From: Eledone cirrhosa
Lineage: Eukaryota
Assembly: GCA_964016885.1 (NCBI GenBank)
Contig: OZ024743.1
Span: 269,700,001 to 269,764,000, forward strand
Length of the DNA stretch: 64,000 bases
Direction of reading: 5' to 3'
The stretch's first letter is position 1. Each line of letters opens with the position of its first letter. Positions 14,017 to 26,231 of the stretch are shown one piece after another. A program made the position numbers and the translations under genes. The notes under the pieces were generated by a model, which was not told the origin of the DNA, made no database searches, and saw only the letters and a program-made list of their open reading frames with translations.

Positions 14017-14433
14017 GTATACCTTTCTGCCAGATGCTTGAACGTCCGAAAGTATATACTTTCCTTATGAAAATTAACGGCTGAGCAGCCTAATTTGCAT
14101 ATCGAGTGAGTTCAGTTGGCCAGGCGCACCGAAAACGATAAATGGAATAGACTGATACGTGCATATATATATGTGTGCCTGTATGTATATATATACATGC
14201 TACTGTACGTCTGTATACATATATGTATGTACGTATACATACATACTTACATTTAAGTAAGTGCCGTACTAAGAGTGAGAAATGAAATTTCGTTTCATTC
14301 TATTCCATTTATCGTTTTCGGTGCGCCTGGCCGACTGAACTCACTCGATATGCAAATTAGGCTGCTCAGCCGTTAATTTTCATAAGGAAAGTATATACTT
14401 TCGGACGTTCAAGCATCTGGCAGAAAGGTATAC

Positions 14434-14472
14434 GGTGCTGACGATAGCTAATAAGCTTGCAACTAGTACATC
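14434..14472 (+). ncRNA. F3 HHR copy with GAAA>GCAA core change
   Basis: Same as 13978-14016 except gcaa. Confidence 0.65.
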
Positions 14473-14756
14473 GTTCCCGTGTCAGTGTTGAACAAAAAGG
14501 TGACGTGGTTGCCTAAACACTGTACGGCGTAATTCAGACTGTTTGTTTGTTTACAAACGAACAAACCGAGCATTATAATAAATGTTCGGTAAACTGATAC
14601 GTGCATATATATATATATATATGTGTGCCTGTATGTATATATATACATGCTACTGTACGTCTGTATACATATATGTATGTACGTATACATACATACTTAC
14701 ATTTAAGTAAGTGCCGTACTAAGAGTGAGAAATGAAATTTCGTTTCATTCTATTCC

Positions 14757-14843
<87 letters not shown>

Positions 14844-14909
14844 CAAGGCTCTGATACCATCAACACCATAAGCACAGAGCTGGCATATGGCATATCTAAG
14901 AACTGACTA

Positions 14910-14965
14910 ACTGCCTGATGAGGTCATAGCCATTTAATGGCTATCATCGAAATATATAAAGCAGT
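14910..14965 (+). ncRNA. Type I HHR (F1 copy 2) within element 14840-15010
   Basis: actgc-CTGATGA...GAAA-tatataaa-gcagt; the cleavage triplet is altered (AAA). Confidence 0.7.
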
Positions 14966-15136
14966 AAATAAAGGATTATGAGTTCATGCAATTGACTTAT
15001 GTTTCGTCACTATATATATATATATATGTGCAACCATGCAGTATTCTTCTCCCCATATTTTTCATATATATATATATTGCTCAATACCGAGTACTCATTT
15101 CTCTCAGCTGTCAACCGCATACGGATATATGCATAC

Positions 15137-15505
15137 TAGGGTGGCCCTTAGCAATAGGCAATTTTCCAAAAGTTAAAATTTTGCTGCTCCCACCGCGAAA
15201 AATAGGTGTTTGGTCTATACCTGAGCTCTGTCCCCAGCTTTGCAAATTGCCTTCCCCATTATATTTATTGTCACTCATCCTTCTAATACCAAGAATGAGT
15301 CTGAACAAGTTTTTAATTTAAGAGAAAATTATAAAAGAGATAAAATATTTTTATCTGAAAAAATGACTTTCAGTACGAAAACTTCAACGTTTCACAATCG
15401 ATGAGGGTCGCCGTGCAGTTGTCTGCTTGAGCTAAAGTTTGGCATAGATTGGTTTGCTTTTTTTTTTGTTAATTGGAAAAAGATAGATGGGTGGGAGATA
15501 CCCCG
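15137..15505 (+). mobile_element. hATm-like transposon terminus fragment
   Basis: TAGGGTGgcccttagcaataggcaattttcc matches the terminus at 12155 in the same orientation, so the two are not a pair. Confidence 0.6.
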
Positions 15506-15694
15506 CCTAATATATATATGTAAAAAGTAAACAGAAATAACAACACAAACGGTATATAACAAAGGTAAAACTAAATATACAAAGCTCAGAGGAAAGTAAA
15601 GAATTATTTATGATAGTATATAATTGCCACGTCTTTTCAATATGATTCGAAAGATAATTTTTCCATCTATATACTTGACTATATATATATACAT

Positions 15695-15769
<75 letters not shown>

Positions 15770-15774
<5 letters not shown>

Positions 15775-16190
15775 GAGTTAAACAAGATTCAATGAGTATA
15801 TCAAAGAATGAGTTTTACAGTAGATTGGGAGCACTCTACGAAAAAATAATTTTCCAGAGTTATTAATATTAAAATACAAATATTAATAATATAGATGTTC
15901 TTTTGATCAATTACATTTTATTATACATATTTCGGATGTACAACAGTACGTCCTCATCAGACAAAATTTAATGATACATGACATACCCTGAGATGTTAAA
16001 TGGTTAAGATTTAATCTTAAATTTAAACCATTAAATCTTGATTAAATCTTAACCATTTAACATCTCAGGGTATGTCATGTATCATTATATTTTGTCTGAT
16101 GAGGACGTACTGTTGTACATCCGAAATATGTACAATAAAATGTAATTGATCAAAAGAACATCTATTTTATTAATATTTGTATTTTAATAT
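15770..16190. mobile_element. Fold-back HHR element F4 (151-bp arms, 23-bp spacer)
   Basis: 15866-16016 is the reverse complement of 16040-16190. CTGATGA-ggacgtac tgtt gtacatcc-GAAA core at 16096-16126 (+), mirrored at ~15930-15960 (-). Confidence 0.75.
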
Positions 16191-16377
16191 ATATATATAT
16201 ATATATATATACGGGGTAACAAATAATAGTTATATGCAGTCCACTTAGGTGTAGTCCAGTTATGGTATTCCGGGTAGTGGATGATATCAACGCTTGGCTT
16301 GGTTTGACTTAACAAGGCGTTTTCATAGTGATGTTGCGAGTATGCTGTAATTCCTATGTTGTAAACACTTGCAGTAA

Positions 16378-16718
16378 TAATAAATCAGGAATGAAGATTG
16401 ACATGGTTTGCTATACAAAAAAAGGTTTTTAATCTCCTCAAATAATTTATTACTAGCATTGTTGTAATTGTTGTTATTGTTCTAACTGAACGCCATTACT
16501 ACTTCATATAGTAGCCTGTATATCCCTTTCATGCCTGTATATCCTCTTCATTCTCGCATGCTCCGAAGAACTGACAGGTTATAATTTTGTATTGGCGATC
16601 GAGTAACGTGAAAACAAGCGAATAGCGATCTCTAGACATACCAGTTCAGAGAAACAATTGTCAACAATGAGATTAAAAATCCTTTTTGTATAGCAAACCA
16701 TGTCAATCTTCTTTCCTG

Positions 16719-16724
<6 letters not shown>
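16378..16724 (+). mobile_element. IR-bounded element with degenerate HHR
   Basis: ~57-bp inverted repeats at 16378-16436 and 16670-16724; CCGAAGA-actg...cagtt-GAAAC aatt GTC at 16563-16662. Confidence 0.5.
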
Positions 16725-16771
<47 letters not shown>

Positions 16772-17173
16772 TAAACGGAAAAGAAAATGCTGACAAATTG
16801 TTCCCATTGAAAAATAGTTTAATTAGGAATAAGTAAAAATTAGTAATAGTATTGGTTAGTATTCAGTTTTGGTATTAAGTTTTACAGGTTGCGCATTTCT
16901 AATGCTTTTCAAAAATAATTTTGAGATAGAGCGCCTGTGATGTTTGCTCTAATCTGATTAGATTTGGAAATTCTACCTGTTTTATGTGAAAAAAGTGGCT
17001 CCAGATGTATTAAAATAACTTTCACGCCAATTCGTGTTGCAAAAATTCTTGTGGTCAAAACAATTTTGATTGGTCGGTAGAGGTCATGTGAATGTTAAAA
17101 ATTGATTTTGCGCCAAATGTAGGTTTGTGTCGGCTGATTGAGAAGTCACTGAAGAATAAGTCTTTCAAAACAA

Positions 17174-17249
<76 letters not shown>

Positions 17250-18062
17250 TAGTAAAGAGGTTCGTTGTTGTGATAATGGTCAGCAGGGATGTGTGTGCGA
17301 ACCGCAGCCTGTTGACAGTTCAAATGCCTATTAAGACAAGTGTGTGTGTGTGTGTGTATATGAGTGTGTGTGTGTGTGTGTGTGTAGCAGAGTAATTCGT
17401 GGTAGAGGGATGGTCAGTAGGAATGTGTCTGTACGTGTGTGGGGGATATTTTAACATGTTAAAAGATATTTTTCAGCTCTTGTCTTATACGGAGAAATGT
17501 GTGTGTGTGTGTATATGTCTATTTGTATGTTAATGTACGCGTGTGTATGTGTGTGTGTATATATATGTGTGTGTGTCTGTATATGTGTGTGTGTGTGTGA
17601 GAATGTGTGTGTTTGTGTGTGTGGGTGGACCAGTATTTTTGTGATACTGTAAAAATGGTGTACATTATTCGATATTTTCAGTAAAAACGATTCTCTCAAT
17701 AGAACATCAAAAACCTTAATAATAAAAGGTGTGAAATGATATATAGTATTGGCATAATACCAAGGTGTGTGTGAGTGTCCAGATTGTACGTACTGCAAGG
17801 GGAATCCATTAGGCCTTGCCGTATTGGGATACTTGTGTACAAATATGTATGTGCCCTTCAGTGTGCAATGCATGTGTGCGTTTATGTATGTGTGTGTGTC
17901 GGCACGTTTATATCTATAGACATCAAAAGGTATGCACATTTGTGTATATTTGTGTTGCACCATAGAACATGTGTGTTTACGTATGTCATTGTGTTTATAT
18001 GTGGATAGAGATGTATGCTGATGTAAGTATGTATGTTGACGTGTGTGTGCTGTGGGTTCGTC

Positions 18063-20360
18063 TTAGGGAGAAGTGTTTAGACGGGGTCCGTATTTGTTAA
18101 TAAAGTGAGATTCCTTGCTGATGCGCTGGGTGTGGGTGGCATTATCTTTAAATTTGTAGAGGGGAAAGATTCTGAAGTTGGGATGATTTTGGGCGGCACA
18201 GGTATCAATGTGTTCACTCAGTGGTATTTTCCTGTATTCCCGTATTTTAATTTGGGATCTATGGACAGTCATGCGTTGGCGGAGGCTGTTTTTGGTCTGG
18301 CCTATGTATTGTTCTCGACAACCTGAGCAAGTTAATACATATATTAGATTTTCTGATGCGCATGTGAAATTGTGTTTTACTATAAAACGTTGTCCTTCTT
18401 TGAAATAGAATTCCGAACCCTCTATTAGGTTGATGCATATGCGAACAGTTGGGTCTATCGCATTTTTTTACTGTGGGTTTCGTTGTTGTGGTTGGCAGTA
18501 ATTTGGCATGTGTTAGGATGTTTTTCATTGACTTAGATTGTCTTTTGCTCTTTATGATATCGTGTGTTCGTAGGATTTGGTTCATTCTATGGTCCTTTTT
18601 CAACACAGGGATGTTCTGGAGGATGGTGTCAAAGGCCTCATTGTTGAGGGGGTTGTGTGATGAGATGTATGGAAGAGTTTTTAGTGTCGGTTGATTTACT
18701 TTAGGGTGTCTAAGGTCCTGGGTACTGAGTTTTAGGGCACGTTGGATTCCATTGTCAATTAGTGATGCAGGGTAGTCCCTGCCTATGAGTGTGTCCTTTA
18801 GTTCTTGTAGCCGTAAGTAGCAGGTGTTTTTATTGGAGACTATATTACAGATTCTGTTGGCTAAGTTGTAGGGAATATTAATTTTAACGTGTCTAGGGTG
18901 GCAAGAGTTGAAAGGAAGATATTGCTTGGAGTCTGTGGGCTTGTAGTATATGTCTGTTTCTATTTTTATGTTATGGATCTTAATGAGGATGTCGAGGAAG
19001 GGGAGTTGTTGATGGCTGTATTCCATCGTGAAGTTAATATTCGTGTTGAGCCCATTTATAAGGGTGTGAAATTCTTTAAGTTTCTCGATGTTTTCGTGCC
19101 AAAGGATGAAGCAGTCATCTAGATATCGCTTCCAGTTCCTTTTTATGTGTAAGTGGAGAGTGTTTCCAAATTTGTTTAGGACTTTAGTGTAGAGGGTGAT
19201 TTCCAGGTATCCCATGACTAGGTTGGCATAAGTGGGGGCTGTTTTCGTTCCCATAGCGGTCCCAGATTTCTGCCTGTAGGGTTTGTTATTGAAAACGAAG
19301 TAATTGTTCTCCAAGATAAATTTGAGTCCCTCTATCACGAATTCTTTTTTGATGCGTGTGGGAGTTCATTGTGGTAATTATCCAGCCAGATTTGGATAGC
19401 TTCTATTCCTAGGTTGTTGGGGATGTTGGAGTATAGGTTGACTACATCGAACGTCACTAGTAGGGTTTGTTCAGAAAGGGGCATATTAGGGAGGTGATTG
19501 AGCATATCTAGGTCGTCCCTTATATAGCTTTTGATGTGTTTGAGAAAAGGCTTGAGAAGGGTATCAATGAAGTTGCTAAGGCGGTGGGTTTCGCAAGCGC
19601 GGCCTGCTATTATAGGTCTTAATTTGAGATCATTGGGTGAGGGGACATTGATGACTATGTCTGTGGCTTCCTTGCATGCCTTACTTATTAATTCGCTTTT
19701 ATGTACTTTTATGTACCGTAAAAAAGGCTGGATTTACTTGTGAAGTCTGTGATGAAGCTGAATTCCTTGTTAGTGAGTCCTTCTTTGTATTGGTTGATCA
19801 GAGTTTTTAGGTTTCTCATAATTTTCTGTTGATTGTAGTATGTTTCGTTTTCCAAAGTGGAGAGCGCTAAGTTGATATAGAATTCTGTCTCCATTAGGAC
19901 TACTGTATTCCCTTTATCAGCCTCTTTAATTGTAATGATTCTGTCGGTTTTTAATCTACTTAATTCTTCCCATTCTTTCTTGTTGAGGTTTGGCTTGTGT
20001 TTTTGTCTGTGCAAGTGTTGGTAAAGGAAGTTTGTGATGTGTTCACAGAATTCGTCCAGGATTTTATTTCTACCTTTTGATGGGGTGTAATTGCTTCTAT
20101 TTCTGGCTAATGATTCATCCTCATTGTACTGGTCGAATAGTTCTTCACTGAGTCGTAACTTTCTACAGAAATCTGTGATGTCTTCCTTCATTTCATAGTA
20201 GATAGGACGTAGTGGGTCGGTGTGAATTTAAGACCTTTGGAGAGTAAGATGATAAGGTTGGGTGTTGATTCTGCACTAGTTAGATTGATAATTTTTATTA
20301 CTCTCGGTTTCTCCTCCTTGTCTTGTGTTATTTTGTTTGCCTGTATCTGTGTGTTGTGTC
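18063..20360 (-). pseudogene. PLE reverse transcriptase + GIY-YIG endonuclease (several frameshifts)
   Basis: IINLT..LLSKGLKFTPT; ADKGN; GTAMGTKTAPTYANL; RYLDDCF; LPFLD; YYKPTD..YL..SCHP; KKCDRPNC/ICI linker; NLIYVLTCSGCREQYIGQT..RMTVH..GPRLN. Confidence 0.92.
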
Positions 20361-21182
20361 TAAAAAATGGTTGGGGTAGAGGGGTTGTCTGCTGATGTTA
20401 AGTGGTCTCCTGTGTTTGTTATATTCCTTGTTGTTGTAAAATGTGGTTCGTGGTTGTAGATTGAATGGGGTGTTCCTGTATTGCGAGTATGGATGTGTGT
20501 TTCTATGTGCCATGTTGGATTGTGGTGTTATAGGCGGCCTACGTTGTTGGTTATATTGTGTGGTGTGGGTTTGTTGTGTATTGTGGAAGCGAGAGTTGAG
20601 AAAATGGTAATTACCTTGCTGTCCCCTTGAAACGGGGAAGTTGTTACATCTATCATGGTGGTGGTATCTTTTCCCTATGTTTGACGATGAGGCATCCGCG
20701 TAGTAGTTGAGTGATTTGGTATGGTGTCTCCTTGAAGGGGGAAAGTTGTAAATGTCATTCTGGGGGTGATGATTTCTAGGGTTTTTGTTCCTTCTTATGG
20801 AAGCGAGGTTGGGAAGTTCATCTTCGGTGTGGTGCTTCCTTCTTCTTTTGTTAATGGCGGGGGGGGGGGGGGCGAAGTTGTTGTGCGGTTCAGTTATGGG
20901 TTTTCCTATTTTCATGAACGGGTTATTGGAGGTGTAATCCGTTTGAAAAGTCGATTCATAGTTTAGGAACCAAGCAGCACTTTTTTCCCAGCGTTGAAGG
21001 GATTTCAGTTCTTCTCTGTTGCAGTCCCCTTTCCATAATTTAGAGATCTTCTCTACCTTGGGGCCTTCAGTTTTATTGTTGATTTCCAGGAGGATCTCTT
21101 CATCGAAGGTTTTGATTTTTTCCTCATTTGTCTGGGCCCTCAATTTAAGAAGTTCAATTTCTGTCTTCATTTTTTCCAATGT
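20328..21182 (-). CDS. PLE upstream ORF (5'-truncated; charged helical N-part, basic/low-complexity C-part)
   Basis: Open 285+ codon frame directly upstream of and overlapping the RT frame; ends HFLDTTHRYRQTK*. Confidence 0.65.
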   Translation of the reverse strand, partial: TLEKMKTEIELLKLRAQTNEEKIKTFDEEILLEINNKTEGPKVEKISKLWKGDCNREELKSLQRWEKSAAWFLNYESTFQTDYTSNNPFMKIGKPITEPHNNFAPPPPAINKRRRKHHTEDELPNLASIRRNKNPRNHHPQNDIYNFPPSRRHHTKSLNYYADASSSNIGKRYHHHDRCNNFPVSRGQQGNYHFLNSRFHNTQQTHTTQYNQQRRPPITPQSNMAHRNTHPYSQYRNTPFNLQPRTTFYNNKEYNKHRRPLNISRQPLYPNHFLDTTHRYRQTK

Positions 21183-21693
21183 CATATATATATATATATA
21201 CACTTGTGAAATTGATAAACTTATTCTGAAATTATATCTGACAAGAAGACAGTCAAGTTAAACTTGTAAATAATATCTTATATACCAGTGAAAAACACAT
21301 CCAAAAATACATAAATTCACACACAATTACACATATAAACAGATGTACTCACTCACGCATATAAACTCACGTGCACAGACTCATACATAGACATACATAA
21401 ACACGTATAAAATAAAAGACATAATCACAAACAGGAACGCAGAACGAAATACTAGTACTCAATCACACGTATACGCATAGATACTCACATAGAAATGCAT
21501 GAATGCATGTATACATACATGATGGCTGCCCCCTCGTTATCGAGTATAGCCATTGCACGAGAAAAAAAAAATAATAAAAAATAATAAAAATAATAATAAT
21601 AATAATAATCTGCAGGTAGTGGCTTGATATTCAATCCAACGGACTTTCCAGTTAACCAACATCAATGACTGAGATTCAAGGAATAACAATAAC

Positions 21694-21735
<42 letters not shown>

Positions 21736-21784
21736 AAAGGAAAAAAAAAAAGAGAAATATATATATATATATATATATACATAT

Positions 21785-21826
<42 letters not shown>

Positions 21827-21992
21827 ACACATATACACACACACATACATTAATAACAATAATAATAATAATAATAATAACAACAATAATAATAACGACA
21901 ACAACAATAATAATATACACATACACACATATATACACACATACGCACACACATAAGCATATCTACACACACACACACACACACGATAGCAA

Positions 21993-24900
21993 CTAACAGC
22001 GCTGCGATCGAATGTAGCTTTTTAGCCCAGCCAATGATCTAAAATGTCTTGCACAGAGTCGGCAACCAAAACATTTACTGGGAATAGTCGGCTGTGGTTG
22101 GAGTTCGTGTACTTGTGCATGTCGCTTGAGCCCTCCTGCTGATTTACATTCTCTACCACATGTTTGGCAAGCATGATGAGTAGCATCTCCAACAGCAGCC
22201 TGGTAGTCAACCACTGGTCTTACTTTATGACTGCGAAGATGACTTTCGAGTCCAGCTTTGCTTAGGCAGAGTCTCGCACATACGCTGCATGTCAGCACCA
22301 TAGGAGGACCCTCGCCGTCTGGAAGTGCAACAGCAATGCTCTTCCTCACATCCCGCTTTACTTTCTCGTATGCGATTCGAGATGCCTCAAAGGCAACTTT
22401 TCCCTCATATACAGTCTTTCTCCATTTATTACGATCAGCAGCAATATTCTCCCATGTATCAGCAAAGATGTTAGCGTCTTTCAGAGAGGCTTTCAAGGAA
22501 TCCTTATACCTCTTTTTTGGTTTATGTGGCGGTCGTTTTCCTTTAACCAACTCTCCATAAAAGAGTTGTTTTGGTATTCTAGAATCCTTCATCTTGGCAA
22601 GGTGACCACTCCAACGGAGTCGTTGCTTAAGCACAAGAGCTTCTATACTGTCACACATAGAGCTTTCCAAAATCTCGACATCACTGATGTGGTCCCTCCA
22701 GTGAACGCCATGGATCCGTCTGAGACACATCTGATGGAAACGTTCCAATTGCTTAAGGTGGTGTCGATATGTGACCCAGGTCTCGCAGGCATAAAGAAGT
22801 CAAGAGAGCACACATGCCCTGTACAACTTTACCTTTGTCCTCCTGCATATATCTCGCCGACCCCAGAGTCGCCTTTCTAGCTTTCCGAAAGCATCACTTG
22901 CTTTCCTAATCCTAAGTGAGATCTCACTGTCAAGGTTGCTGTATCGATTGACAGTGCTTCCCAGGTAGACAAACTGATCAACCACTCCAAGTCGTTTGCC
23001 ATACACATAGATGTTTGGTTCAGTGTACTGCTTACCAGGGGCAGGTTGGTACATGACGACGGTTTTCTTGAGACTGACAGTCAGACCTAGGGCAGTGCAA
23101 GCGTCAGAAAATGCATTCAAAATGTGCTGCATATCACTCTCTGTGTGCGCTACAAGATCGCAATCATCTGCATACAAGAGGTCTCTTAAGATTGATGTAA
23201 ACACCAAAGCGCCTGAGGTTCGATATCGGATGTAAACACCATGCTCGCAATTCCTGAATGCAATACAGAAAACCATTGCAAAGTATATGGCAAACAGGGT
23301 CGGTGCTGGAATATCCCCCTGCTTCACTCCATTTTTTACTGAGATAGGCTCCGACATGTTACCCCCGACATTAACCCAAGCCTTCATGTCGTCATGGCAA
23401 CCAAGTTTCTGGAGAAACTTCCATAATGCATCTCTGTTAACAGTATCAAAAGCTTTTGTCAGATCGACAAAAACCTGATACAGATCCAAGCCTTTTTCCA
23501 TGCACTTCTCCTGGAGCTGTCTAGCTGAGAAGATCATATCAGTAGTGCCGCGTCCAGCACGAAAACCAGTTTGACTTTCAGGAAGAACACAATCTGCAAT
23601 GTGTGTCAGCAGACGGTCCAGAAGCACCCTACATAAAACTTTCCCTACGACAGAAAGCAATGATATACCTCTGTAGTTCCCACAATCGTTCCTGTTACCC
23701 TTTCCCTTGTACAAGACCACCATTACTGCATCTCTCCAGTCCTCAGGTACGGATTCATTAGCCCATATCCTGCCAAACAAAGAGTGAAGATGTTGCAGGA
23801 GTCTCTCACCACCATATTGTAGGAGCTCAGCATGTATGTCATCCATACCTGGAGATCTTCCACTGTTCAGCTTCGAAATAGCCACTGCGACCTCCACAAG
23901 CGTCGGAGGTTCTGCGAGAGCTACTTTCACAGGACTTTCTGGAATGAGATTGAGGAAATCTTCACTGACGACAGACGGCTGATTCAAAAGATCATCAAAG
24001 TGCTCTCGCCACCTTCGTAGAATTCCTTGTGAGTCACGAAGAATTTCTTTGCCATCCTTGCTGCGAAGCGGTGTCACCAGAGAAGAAGACGGTCCATAAA
24101 CCTCACGCAAGAGACTGTACAATAGCTTTGTGTTATTGGAATCAGACGCAGTTTGTATCTCACCAGCCTTCTCACTCCACCACTGATCCTTCATCTGAGA
24201 AAGACTCCGCCTAACACGTGATTTTACATCCCTGAGTTCCTCATGCAACGTATTCCTCTCCTGTGGTTTTGCCGTCAAGTAGCGTGACAGAGCACGCCTC
24301 TTATCAGCCAACAAGTCTTCTATATGTACATCATTCTCATCAAACCAGTCCTGATGTTTCATCTGCGCCAATCCCAGAACACGCCTGCCTACATCATAAA
24401 CCGACTTTTTAAGGGTCGGCCAATCCTCACCAAGATCTGCAGCCTGCATCTCTTCTTCCAATGTCCTCTTCACATTTTTATCCTTAAGACGAGCAGTATT
24501 CAATCTTTTGGGCAGGGCAACACCAGGAGCCCGGATTTTACGTTTAGTGATTAGTTTCACTTTTGCGCATACCAGGCGGTGGTCCGTCCAGCACGCAGCT
24601 CCACGAAGAACACGAACACACTGCACATCCTGTCTGTCACGCATCCTGACTAGGACGTAGTCCAAAAGATGCCATTCCTTAGATGCAGGATGCATCCATG
24701 TGGTCTTGAATTTGTTCTTTTGTTGGAACATGGTGTTGGTAACACACAGATCCAGCTCCTCACACATCTGCAGCAGGAGCATACCATTGCTGTTACACTT
24801 TCCCACCCCATGCCTTCCGATTACATTCCATGTGTTAAAATCTCTACCCACTCTAGCATTAAAGTCACCAAGCACGATGACTTTGTCCGCCTGAGGGATA

Positions 24901-25469
24901 TTTCTTAAAACACCTTTCAAGGCATGGTAAAAGGACACCTTTTCCTCATCGACAGAACTCATAGTTGGAGCATACACACTCACCAGGGTAGCATATCTTC
25001 CCTTGTCCAGCGGAACTCTCATGGACATAAGACGCTCACTAATCCCTACTGGGAATTCTTCTAATTTGTTCACAAGCACAGTCTTAACAGCAAATCCTAC
25101 CCCAGCCTCTCTTCTGGTTCCTTCATCTCTTCCTTTCCAGAAGAATGTATATTCTTCACAAAATTCCGTAAGATGACCATCTCCAGCTAGCCTCGTCTCA
25201 GATAAAGCCACGATGTCAAGATCGTAACGTCGAAGCTCCTTTGCAACAAGAGCGGTCCTTCGTTCAGGACGCTCCAACGAATCCCTGTCAAGCAGCGTCC
25301 GTACGTTCCAGCAGCCAAGACTAAATGCCTTGTTTGGCTCTATTACAATGGCACGATGACGAGCGGGCCCAGGCTGTGATAACCTGGGGCCCCTGCCCTT
25401 ATTGCCAATGATCTTTTTTGTTCCAGAACCTAAATTGCCAATTATCTCTTTTATATTGTTCTGGAACAT
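21993..25469 (-). pseudogene. RTE LINE ORF: AP endonuclease + RT + three C2H2-type fingers; one in-frame TGA at 22800-22802
   Basis: WNVRTL, ALSETRL, VYAPT, LGDFNA, DYVL, TDH; NYRGISLL, FVDLTKAFD, GVKQG, LYADD, YLGS; RLRWSGH..RIPKQLFYGEL; CxxC..H..H repeats; short in-frame deletions. Confidence 0.93.
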
Positions 25470-25534
25470 GATTGAATTGGGAAAAAAAAAAAATTATAAT
25501 AATAATAATAATAGTACACTATTAATAATTATTA

Positions 25535-25720
25535 ATTGTTTCTACTTTTGGCACAAGGCCAGCAATTACCCAGTGCATTACTGGTACTTTATTTTATCGA
25601 CCCCGTAAGGATGAAAGGCAAAGTCAACCTCGGCGGGATTTGAACTCAGATCGTAAAGGGACGTAACTATGCTGGAAAGCATGGCGTCCGACCCTCTACC
25701 GATACTGCCAATCCACCGCC
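25535..25720 (-). mobile_element. tRNA-derived SINE (young copy) inserted in the RTE 5' UTR
   Basis: Nearly identical reverse complement of 56823-57012. Confidence 0.9.
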
Positions 25721-26147
25721 TATTAATAATTATTAATGCACTTGTGCAATGCCTGTGCGTGACGAATATTTTTAAAGTGAGGAAAGACTGTGCACTGAGC
25801 CAATCCCACTCTCTGAGCGACAGTAGCTATAACCCGAAACGAAGAAAAGATCAACATCATCGGTAACTACTGAGCCGCAGGTTTTATGTCGGAGTTAACC
25901 CAGTTTCCTGAGATGCCTTCTCCTAGAAGAATGCCCTGACAAGGGCTAGGGGTTCTTCACTCCCAGTGGTTTAACTGCGCGATCGGGCATCCAGCCCGAT
26001 TATTTCTATGTCCCAGCGCAAAAAAAAAAAAAAAAAAAAAAAAATCACTTATTGACACTTATACGTATACACACACGCGCATACATATGCGCGCACACAG
26101 CAACACTCATACATACAAACAAACACACACACGCAACTCTACTCACT

Positions 26148-26178
<31 letters not shown>

Positions 26179-26231
26179 GAGATTCCTGATGATTTCTAAT
26201 GAATGAAACAGTTCTAGTCCTGTAGAATCTC
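26179..26231 (+). ncRNA. Type I hammerhead ribozyme (F5) in element ~26179-26313
   Basis: gagattc-CTGATGA-tttc taat gaat-GAAA-cag ttctagtc ct-GTA-gaatctc; 7-bp stem I and a paired stem III. Confidence 0.88.

Larger units (their letters stand above)
13733..14759. mobile_element. Retrozyme-like HHR element F3: ~1.35 tandem units (+) preceded by an inverted copy
   Basis: 14151-14309 repeats directly at 14593-14759 (period ~445); 13733-14150 is the reverse complement of ~14300-14705; (TA)n flanks. Confidence 0.8.
16770..21182 (-). mobile_element. Near-full-length decayed Penelope-like element (Neptune-type)
   Basis: Upstream ORF, RT, Cys-rich linker, GIY-YIG, 3' UTR with (CA)n and pLTR; (TA)n at both ends. 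Confidence 0.9.
21515..26020 (-). mobile_element. Near-full-length RTE-clade LINE (5' UTR 25720-26020, ORF, 3' hairpin tail ~21520-21560)
   Basis: The 5' UTR shares ctaggagaagg motifs with the bipartite derivatives; the 3' tail is tggctatactcgataacgagggggcagccatcat(gtat)n. Confidence 0.8.

Noticed and set aside
12155-15505. Two TAGGGTG termini as one hAT element
   Set aside because: They are in the same orientation, so they cannot be paired TIRs.
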